IMG/VR virus record: IMGVR_UViG_3300048848_000268
Coordinates: 1 to 25,988 of that record
Reading direction: 5' to 3' (one strand)
DNA: 25,988 nucleotides
Origin: a virus
Lineage: Duplodnaviria; Caudoviricetes
Shown here in pieces: positions 1 through 5,909 of the stretch. Position 1 is the stretch's first letter; the number at the start of each line of letters is the position of its first letter. The position numbers and the translations under genes are program-made. The notes under the pieces are model-generated. The model saw nothing but the letters and a program-made list of their open reading frames with translations. It was not told the DNA's origin and did not search any database.

Positions 1-489
1 TCAGCCATTGTCGCGGCCCTCCAAGGTTGCTGCGAAGCTGCGAAGGATGTCGGCTAGCTCTTCCGACGTGATCAGCAGATGGTCGGGATAGTCCTCAGGC
101 GACGTGCGATCGTCCCACTCATTGACGGACTGGACGACGCGAGCGATCTCGCCTTCCACGTCCACATGTGTCGCGGGTGCTGGGGTGGCCGCATAAAGCG
201 AAGTGATGGCATCAACGGCCTTCCCGTGAGCCTCCTGCAGATCGCTTGAGCCTGCCACGATCATTTCGCTAAGCGCTGAGGTCGTCGCATAAACGGCAGC
301 ATCGAGTGCCTGCCGCCATCCCCGCGCGTGGCCTGCGGATGCCGCCTGATGCGAAGTGCCAGAGTAGTCCCGCGCCTGGTCGCGTCCATCTCTAGCAGGC
401 TCGCACCAAAGGCCGGAGCCTTGGCCGCTCTCGTCTGTAATAGCTGCGAAGTTCTCATGCACGCCGGGTGTCGGCTGTCTCTCGGTCAT
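1..489 (-). CDS. Hypothetical phage early protein (162 aa)
   Basis: Start placed at ATG 489 (MTERQP), which has GGAG upstream and an ATGA overlap with the 486..575 ORF. Acidic C-terminus. A further ATG at position 8 with GGAGGG upstream suggests the operon continues beyond the window. Confidence 0.75.
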   Translation of the reverse strand: MTERQPTPGVHENFAAITDESGQGSGLWCEPARDGRDQARDYSGTSHQAASAGHARGWRQALDAAVYATTSALSEMIVAGSSDLQEAHGKAVDAITSLYAATPAPATHVDVEGEIARVVQSVNEWDDRTSPEDYPDHLLITSEELADILRSFAATLEGRDNG

Positions 490-575
490 GGTATTGTTCT
501 CCATGCGTCAAAGTTGCTGCGCAGGCTCAGGTGCTTTGCATCCGGTAGCAGCGTGCGGGCGATTTCGATGTTCAT
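486..575 (-). CDS. Putative 29-aa coupled small ORF (MNIEIARTLLPDAKHLSLRSNFDAWRTIP)
   Basis: ATGA overlaps at both ends (572-575 and 486-489) bridge the two flanking genes exactly. No clear Shine-Dalgarno of its own. Confidence 0.5.
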   Translation of the reverse strand: MNIEIARTLLPDAKHLSLRSNFDAWRTIP

Positions 576-859
576 GTGCGTGCGCTGAGCCGGGCGTTGA
601 GGAGGTTGCGCAGCTCGCGATCTTCCTCCCGGCAGCCTGACAGGGTCATGGCGTGGAAGAGGGCAGCTTCGAGCGCTGCGGCTCCGGAAGTCAGAGAAAT
701 CTCGCCGCTGTTGCCGGCCGGCAGCCAGCCATAATGACCGCACGCCTCCTGGATGCTGACAATGATCGCCTGAATTTCCATGTTGAAGTGCTGAGACGCA
801 GCCGGTCCTGGAGAAGCTGCGCGGCGGCCCTTCGGAAAGGGAAAGATCACGGCGCTCAT
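572..859 (-). CDS. Hypothetical phage early protein (95 aa, MSAVIFPFPK...)
   Basis: ATG 859 overlaps the TGA of 856..1317 (ATGA). The 'MSAVIFPFP' N-terminus is typical of alphaproteobacterial phage small proteins. Confidence 0.7.
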   Translation of the reverse strand: MSAVIFPFPKGRRAASPGPAASQHFNMEIQAIIVSIQEACGHYGWLPAGNSGEISLTSGAAALEAALFHAMTLSGCREEDRELRNLLNARLSART

Positions 860-1317
860 ACCAGCGCCCCCGTCGCATAAGAGGCCTCGATGTCGAGGAC
901 GCGCTGTCCGGCCAAGCCGACAGCTGCTCCGAGGCACAGAAGCGCAAAACCGGTGGCGAGGGTGAGCAGCAGACGCGTCGGCTTCCATTCGGAGCTCGCT
1001 TTTCCTGTGCCTGTGATGACCGGGATCGCGTAAGGGCGCGGGCCTTGATCGTCCGGATAATCAGCAGCAACACCCGGGTCATCGACGATGTAATGTAACG
1101 CCTGGTCTCGGTTTGCCTTGACGAAGGCTATGCGCCGCCGGAGCAGTTCTGCCTCGATCAGGTCACGCGCCTGGTCGTACTGGTCAACGCTGTCACCCCA
1201 GCGCGTGGCCGTGGCGATCTCATCGTTGCACTTGCGGTATTCCCGATGCAGCTGCTGATCCGACATGGCGGAAAAGCGAACGCAGGGCTCAAAGGGGAGA
1301 AAATTGACGGCTGACAT
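856..1317 (-). CDS. Hypothetical phage protein with C-terminal transmembrane helix (153 aa)
   Basis: GGAGG SD at 1330-1326. Hydrophobic segment LLLTLATGFALLCLGAAVGLAG. Confidence 0.75.
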   Translation of the reverse strand: MSAVNFLPFEPCVRFSAMSDQQLHREYRKCNDEIATATRWGDSVDQYDQARDLIEAELLRRRIAFVKANRDQALHYIVDDPGVAADYPDDQGPRPYAIPVITGTGKASSEWKPTRLLLTLATGFALLCLGAAVGLAGQRVLDIEASYATGALV

Positions 1318-1324
1318 GTGTTTG

Positions 1325-1395
1325 ACCTCCGATCCGTTTCGGATGTCGCCACGGGGGCACCCTTGCGGGCGTGGCGATCACCGAAGCGGATCGCC
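1325..1395 (-). other. Structured intergenic RNA element (UUCG, GCAA and GAAA-type hairpins) in the leftward operon
   Basis: The minus strand reads GGCGATCCGC-TTCG-GTGATCGCC, CGCCC-GCAA-GGGTG, ATCCG-AAA-CGGAT, directly ahead of the GGAGG SD. Confidence 0.55.
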
Positions 1396-1632
1396 TCAGG
1401 CGGCACGCTGCGTCAGATGTGACGCACGTCCCTGACAAACGCTGCGCGCCATGGCATAGGCGCGGGCGTCATCACCGAGGTCATCGAGCTGGGCCTGCGT
1501 GATACCGATGCTATTCTTCAGGTCGCTGGCGGTGCAGCCTTCGCCATTACGGATCATAGCTTCGCCCAGGCAGGCGACCCGCTCCGGACGGTTGCGGCAA
1601 AGGGGGAAGGCGTTGAGGTTTTCGAAGCGCAT
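1396..1632 (-). CDS. Hypothetical phage protein, first gene of the PL operon (78 aa)
   Basis: ATG 1632 (MRFENL) with GGAG upstream, just downstream of the predicted PL promoter. Confidence 0.75.
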   Translation of the reverse strand: MRFENLNAFPLCRNRPERVACLGEAMIRNGEGCTASDLKNSIGITQAQLDDLGDDARAYAMARSVCQGRASHLTQRAA

Positions 1633-1672
1633 GTTGTTCTCCATCAAAGGTCCGATGAATTCGGATGGAGAT

Positions 1673-1723
1673 AACGTGCATCACATTCACACAAACGTCA
1701 AGGCAAAAGTGAATGGGATGAAC
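1673..1723 (-). promoter_or_regulatory. PL promoter with two operators (OL1 1676-1690, OL2 1709-1723)
   Basis: Minus-strand cTTGACG (1701-1696)-N17-CACGTT (1678-1673). Operators GTGCATC-A-CATTCAC and GTGAATG-G-GATGAAC match the OR repeats. Confidence 0.7.
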
Positions 1724-1861
1724 TTTGCATCTGCAGAGGCGCTGCTGTTGCGCCAGATACATAAGAAGCTTCTGTTAGGATCCGCTTTGGGAAGACAGCG
1801 AATTTTAGCGAACGCGAATCAACGAGTTGGGCAGTCGACGAGGCAAATCACTCCTTGAGGC

Positions 1862-1897
1862 CTTGAACTGTTGGGCGCTTTTGTTCACTATAGGTTC
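1862..1897 (+). promoter_or_regulatory. Sigma70-type promoter overlapped by an alphaproteobacterial LexA (SOS) box
   Basis: cTTGAAC (1863-1868)-N17-CACTAT (1886-1891). A perfect GTTC-ACTATAG-GTTC (1883-1897) matches GTTC-N7-GTTC and covers the -10. Confidence 0.75.
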
Positions 1898-1928
1898 TTG
1901 TTCCAGTACCCTCGCAGATGAGACCGTC

Positions 1929-2156
1929 GTGGCGATCAGTCATCAAATCAGGCCAAAGTACAAGACTCGAAACGACGAAATCGTTGCGGGCCTATTCGAG
2001 TCTGCAGGTGCGATACCGCCAGCTCCACCAGAAATCGTCATCAAGCGGAAGGCCGCGGAGATATCAACGCTTATGGCGTTGATACACGGCGGCGACTGGC
2101 GGGTTGAGATTGACCATCACTCGGGCTTTGTTCTGATTGCTCCTCGGGTGCCGTAG
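1929..2156 (+). CDS. Small SOS-regulated protein (75 aa), candidate antirepressor
   Basis: GTG 1929 (MAISHQIRPK...) lies ~30 nt after the LexA-boxed promoter. The ORF is convergent with the repressor and overlaps its 3' end by 86 nt. Function is inferred. Confidence 0.6.
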   Translation: MAISHQIRPKYKTRNDEIVAGLFESAGAIPPAPPEIVIKRKAAEISTLMALIHGGDWRVEIDHHSGFVLIAPRVP

Positions 2157-2493
2157 CCGGCACGAAGGTCTTGATGATGGCGGTAGCGCGCTCAAGCTGG
2201 CTGCGATCAACGCCAAACGCCAGCAGGGAGCTTCTTAGGGCGGCCTCTGGAGAGAGCTGCTCCGGGACTGCATAAGGCATCAACAGGTCAGAAGGTTTGC
2301 ATTTCAGCACTGCTGCGATGGCTTCGAGCGTCCGCTGCGTGTAGGGGGAATCTGAAGTTTCGATCTTCGATAGGGTGCTGCGAGACATGCTGATCCGCTC
2401 GGCAAGCGCCTCTTGGGTAAGGCCGCGACTGTCGCGCCACTCGGCGATATAGGTGCGGCCCAGCTTGGCCAGTTCTTTCTTTACGGGTGCCAT
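2071..2493 (-). CDS. Phage immunity repressor, XRE-family HTH (CI-like, no S24 peptidase domain)
   Basis: IAEWRDSRGLTQEALAERISMSRSTLSKIET...LEAIAAVLKC is a classic HTH_3 signature. Divergent from cro across the operator cluster. Only 140 aa. Confidence 0.88.
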   Translation of the reverse strand: MAPVKKELAKLGRTYIAEWRDSRGLTQEALAERISMSRSTLSKIETSDSPYTQRTLEAIAAVLKCKPSDLLMPYAVPEQLSPEAALRSSLLAFGVDRSQLERATAIIKTFVPATAPEEQSEQSPSDGQSQPASRRRVSTP

Positions 2494-2499
2494 CTTCAG

Positions 2500-2579
2500 A
2501 TTATCTCACGCCCCTTGAAGGTGCTCCATGCATTCACATTCACATTGTGCTTGACATTCACGTTCATGACATTCACTTT
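2500..2579. promoter_or_regulatory. OR operator cluster with PR (rightward) and PRM-like (leftward) promoters
   Basis: Tandem 15-mers GTGCTTG-A-CATTCAC (2547-2561) and GTTCATG-A-CATTCAC (2562-2576), plus a degenerate third site (2529-2543). PR is TTGACA (2551-2556)-N17-CACTTT. The leftward extended -10 TGnGATAAT is at 2508-2500. Confidence 0.75.
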
Positions 2580-2587
2580 CCGTGCTT

Positions 2588-2785
2588 ATGAGCACACTGA
2601 ACGACTACATGGATGCGGGACGGATTTCGGATGCAATTCTGGCCGAAAAGGTCCGGTGCGACCGTTCGATGATCGCCAAGGTACGCACCGGGAAAGCGAC
2701 ACCGTCGCTGAGGCTCGCGGTGGCTATCAGCCGTGAGACTGGCGTACCGGTGGAGAGCCTCCTTCCATGTGAGGCTGCCGAATGA
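2588..2785 (+). CDS. Cro-like XRE HTH regulator (65 aa)
   Basis: ISDAILAEKVRCDRSMIAKVRTGKATPSLRLAVAISRETGVPVESL HTH pattern. Divergent from the repressor. Confidence 0.85.
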   Translation: MSTLNDYMDAGRISDAILAEKVRCDRSMIAKVRTGKATPSLRLAVAISRETGVPVESLLPCEAAE

Positions 2786-2809
2786 TGCGCCTCTCAAACC
2801 CTTTCCTTT

Positions 2810-2930
2810 CTGGCGGCGGTCACTCCTCCCGCTTGTCCGCCAGGATCCGCGCGCAGCTCCTCCTCCCGGTGCGCGCGGCAATTCGGCCGGGGCAGAACCT
2901 ATCTGGCGGACCGTCCCGGCCGTTTCCTTT
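2810..2930 (+). ncRNA. Cuckoo-like (CCUCCUCCC-loop) structured RNA: two anti-SD hairpins plus a terminator-like third hairpin
   Basis: Stem CTGGCGG/CCGCCAG (2810-2843) with loop CTCCTCCC. Stem CCGCGCGCA/TGCGCGCGG (2847-2878) with loop CCTCCTCCC. Stem CGGCCGGG/CCCGGCCG (2884-2922) followed by TTTCCTTT. Confidence 0.65.
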
Positions 2931-3053
2931 GTCTGGGCTGCGTGCATGTGGGCCTCCATGAGTTGATGGCCCGACCGTAGCGGGCGAGTTCGCCAGCTTC
3001 ACGGAATCCTTTCCGATCCTGATTTTCCTTGACCTCACTTAGGGGCTGTTTTC

Positions 3054-3503
3054 GTGCGCGCTATTTCTGACCATTATGCTGCCGCTATCAAGGCAGCGAC
3101 CGCTGCAGCCTATGAAGCCATGGGCGGCGTTTCCCGCGCAGCCGAAGCGCTTGGCGTCGGCTCCTCCACGCTGACAAAGTATGCTTCCACCAGCGAAGAG
3201 TGGGGGCAGAACTTCATCCGCTTTGACCTGGCGGCGGAGTTGGACCGGCGCACGGGCCATCCGTTCATGCTCTCCGCCCTTCAGCAGATCGTTTCAGAAG
3301 AGCAGCCGACCAGTTTCGGCGCCGTCACGGCGGCTGCCATCCTGCGGTTGGACGGCGTGCTCGACGACGTGGTGCGCACCGTCGCGCTGGCGATCGAAGA
3401 CAACCACATCGATGCGTCCGAAAAGCAGGCCATTCGCCACCGGATCGTGGCGGCGAAACAGTACCTGGCGCGCCTCGACGCCATGATGGTGGGAGGCTGC
3501 TGA
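3054..3503 (+). CDS. Phage regulatory protein, CII-like (phage 186 CII / CP76 type)
   Basis: N-terminal HTH (GGVSRAAEALGVGSSTLTKYA) and a C-terminal 'AIEDNHIDASEKQAI' motif typical of this family. Position follows cro. Confidence 0.72.
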   Translation: MRAISDHYAAAIKAATAAAYEAMGGVSRAAEALGVGSSTLTKYASTSEEWGQNFIRFDLAAELDRRTGHPFMLSALQQIVSEEQPTSFGAVTAAAILRLDGVLDDVVRTVALAIEDNHIDASEKQAIRHRIVAAKQYLARLDAMMVGGC

Positions 3504-3712
3504 TGGACGACAGACCGAAATCCAACGCCGAAATTGTCGCAGCCATGTGCCTGCATCTGCCGGACCATCCGGCTGCAGCCTTCAACTTGGCGCTGGTTGC
3601 CTGCGCGACGGTAGTCATCCGTGCGGGCGAAAGTGACGAGGCTGCGGTCGATGGCCTGCGAGCCGCCTTGGGAAGTCTGCGCGAAACTGGGCTTGGGGAG
3701 GCCAAGCACTGA
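3503..3712 (+). CDS. Hypothetical phage protein (69 aa)
   Basis: TGATG coupling at both ends; GGGAGG SD. Confidence 0.7.
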   Translation: MDDRPKSNAEIVAAMCLHLPDHPAAAFNLALVACATVVIRAGESDEAAVDGLRAALGSLRETGLGEAKH

Positions 3713-3933
3713 TGGCGCGTGTTCTTCGCGGGCGTGCCGACGTCTCAGACGTTGAGAGCAGCCAAGCACTCCTGGTCAAGCAGGCCCGCATCGAGCGGGT
3801 TCTTGAGCTTTGGCATGGCGAGCAGCTTTCCACCCACTGCATCGCAGAGCGCACCGGCCTCGACGAGGTCGAGGCCTGTCTGCTGATCGAAGAAGGTGCA
3901 AGCCAGTGCTGGCGCGACCGGAGGGTGTCATGA
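3712..3933 (+). CDS. Hypothetical phage protein, possible small HTH (73 aa)
   Basis: GGGGAGG SD and coupled start. LSTHCIAERTGLDEVEACLLI resembles an HTH. Confidence 0.65.
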   Translation: MARVLRGRADVSDVESSQALLVKQARIERVLELWHGEQLSTHCIAERTGLDEVEACLLIEEGASQCWRDRRVS

Positions 3934-5378
3934 CGGACATCGTCATCCGCGACACTTCTGAACTGGTCACCTCCATCGAGACGGCGCGCGCGCTGCTGGA
4001 TGCCGGCGACGTGGAGCGTGCGCTGAAACTGTCTTCGGTCGCCTATGACCAGGCGAAGGCTGTGGCCGGATCCGCAGAACGGGTGAAGACCTCTCGCGAC
4101 CTAGTGGACAAGGCCAGGCGGATGCAGGCGGAGGCCCTGAAGATCGAAAGCCTCTGCTATGTCGCTATGGCGGACGCCGTCGACGAGGCGCAGGCGAAGC
4201 GGCAGATCGCTCGGCAAGGGCAAAGATCAGATGTCCAAGGCGTGGACATGTTCACGTTAAGCGAAGTAGGCGTCGATCGTCGCCGTTTGAGCGAGGCAAG
4301 ACATATTCGTGATGCCGTTAAGTCGGAGCCTGGCTTCGTTGACCGCGTCATTGAAGTCCGTCTTTCCGAGGGAATGGAGCCGAGCCGGGCGGCGATGAAG
4401 AAGGCCGCTCGCCACGCGACCGGCACCAAGACAGCTTCCAAGGAAGAGCGCGGCCACGATCTATACGAGACGCCGGTCGAAGCCATGCGGACGCTGCTGG
4501 CGCTGGAGAGCTTCAGCCTCAACGTGGTGGAACCTAGTGTCGGCAAGGGTGCGATCCTGCGCCCGCTGGAGGCGGCGGGCTATGAGGTGACGGTCTCCGA
4601 CCTCGTCGACCGGGGCATCACGACCCAGCACGGCGAGTGCCAGGGCGTCGGCGACTTCCTTCTGTCCATCGTTGAAGGCGTCGGCTGGGATATCGTCACG
4701 AACCCGCCCTATGGCGTGGCCAACGCCTATATTGCCCATGCCATACGGGCGCACCAGCCGCGCAAGATGGCGATGCTGTTGAACCTCAATTTTCAATGTG
4801 GATGCGAGGATCCGGACCGGATTTTCGTGATGGACGAATGTCCGCCGTCACGCATCTATGCCTTCACCCGGCGCCTGCCGATGATGCACCGCGATGGATG
4901 GGAAGGCGACAAGGCCAGCAGCCAGATGAACACCGGATGGTTCATATGGGAGCGGAACGACGATGGCAGCTATGGCGCCGGGCACCCGCAGCTCATCCGC
5001 GTGGACTGGAAGGCTTTCGAGACATCCGAGCCGCTGGTGCCTGGCGCTGGTGGCTTTGTCTCGCCGCTGCGCTTCGAGGCGGCGGACGACGAGTTCACCC
5101 GCACCACGCCGCGCAAGAGCGTCGACGAGCGCGTGGACGAGGAAATGGCCCGTGCGCTGGTGTGGATGGCGGAGCAGGACGAGTTCACCGTCGCTACCCT
5201 GCGTCAGGGTATCGCCATTCGTCCCACCGTGGCGGTTGCGCTGATCGATCAGTGCACGGCGCGCGGCCTGATCGAAGGCGACGGCGCTTACCGCATCACG
5301 ACGGCCGGCATGACCGCGCTGCAGGCGACGCTCGCGGTGCTGCTGGGTGCCGAACTGCCGGAAGAGGTGGCGGCATGA
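3930..5378 (+). CDS. Multidomain orphan DNA amino-methyltransferase (N6-adenine/N4-cytosine type; 482 aa)
   Basis: ATG 3930 (ATGA overlap, GGAGGG SD). Motifs DLYETP, VVEPSVGKG (SAM-binding motif I) and IVTNPPY (catalytic motif IV). Helical N-terminal extension and a winged-helix-like C-terminus. Confidence 0.82.
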   Translation: MTDIVIRDTSELVTSIETARALLDAGDVERALKLSSVAYDQAKAVAGSAERVKTSRDLVDKARRMQAEALKIESLCYVAMADAVDEAQAKRQIARQGQRSDVQGVDMFTLSEVGVDRRRLSEARHIRDAVKSEPGFVDRVIEVRLSEGMEPSRAAMKKAARHATGTKTASKEERGHDLYETPVEAMRTLLALESFSLNVVEPSVGKGAILRPLEAAGYEVTVSDLVDRGITTQHGECQGVGDFLLSIVEGVGWDIVTNPPYGVANAYIAHAIRAHQPRKMAMLLNLNFQCGCEDPDRIFVMDECPPSRIYAFTRRLPMMHRDGWEGDKASSQMNTGWFIWERNDDGSYGAGHPQLIRVDWKAFETSEPLVPGAGGFVSPLRFEAADDEFTRTTPRKSVDERVDEEMARALVWMAEQDEFTVATLRQGIAIRPTVAVALIDQCTARGLIEGDGAYRITTAGMTALQATLAVLLGAELPEEVAA

Positions 5379-5623
5379 AGTGGCAAGCCGATGGTGCCCG
5401 CGATGTTTACGTGTGCGGCGATGTCCCTGTGGGGGCTGTCTTCACCCAGATCGATGCGCGAGGCCGCGCGCGGTGGCGGCTGTGGCTTAATGGCCGTGAC
5501 GAGCCGACCGAAGGCGTAGAGGCTGATTATGTTCGCGCCAAGCGAGCGCTGGAGAACCGCTTTCAGCACTTCCTGGAGCGTGCCGAGCTGCGGCCGACCG
5601 GCTTCAGACGGAGGCAGCCATGA
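5375..5623 (+). CDS. Hypothetical phage protein (82 aa, MKWQADGARD...)
   Basis: ATGA overlaps at both ends; GAGG SD. It is the C-terminal part of track ORF 4796..5623. Confidence 0.7.
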   Translation: MKWQADGARDVYVCGDVPVGAVFTQIDARGRARWRLWLNGRDEPTEGVEADYVRAKRALENRFQHFLERAELRPTGFRRRQP

Positions 5624-5907
5624 GCTTCCTCGGTGCTGTTGACACCCTACGGCGAATGAAGACCGACGAGGAGCGGGCGCAGTGGCTTGCCAGCGCGCCT
5701 TACGCCTTCTTCGCGCCGACGCAGCCACAGGTCATCGAAAGCGTGCTGCACGACAGCGGGTTCGATGCTGGGCTGATCTACTTCCGTGACGAGACCGACT
5801 TCCTGGCTGCGCGCCGATCGCTTCGCGGCGACGTGCCATTCACCTTCGGAATGCGGCGCAACATGAGCCTGCTGACAATGCTCAACTCGAAAAGCTGGAG
5901 GGACTGA
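5620..5907 (+). CDS. Hypothetical phage protein (95 aa)
   Basis: GGAGG SD, ATGA overlap, fills the gap before the replication gene. Confidence 0.7.
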   Translation: MSFLGAVDTLRRMKTDEERAQWLASAPYAFFAPTQPQVIESVLHDSGFDAGLIYFRDETDFLAARRSLRGDVPFTFGMRRNMSLLTMLNSKSWRD

Positions 5908-5909
5908 CC

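Noticed and set aside
494-504. ATGGAGAACAA repeated upstream of genes at 489 and 1632
   Set aside because: Mostly explained by a shared SD plus A-rich spacer; too short to claim as a separate element.
2511-2521. 11-bp CCCCTTGAAGG matching the reverse complement of 8544-8554 near the cos region
   Set aside because: A single 11-bp match within 26 kb is compatible with chance, and there is no other support.
2529-2576. CATTCAC repeats as a possible CRISPR or simple tandem repeat
   Set aside because: Too short, no spacers and no cas genes; better explained as operators, since matching copies occur at PL.
3002-3034. CGGAA-TCCT-TTCCG inverted repeat and CTTGAC upstream of cII as a promoter or CII site
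   Set aside because: No acceptable -10 at the right spacing and only a 5-bp arm; not enough to call.
3810-3929. Longer upstream starts given by the ORF track (3810, also 1827, 4796, 13707, 15683, 16044, 20694)
   Set aside because: They overlap neighbouring genes or promoters; downstream starts have SD sequences and/or stop-start coupling.
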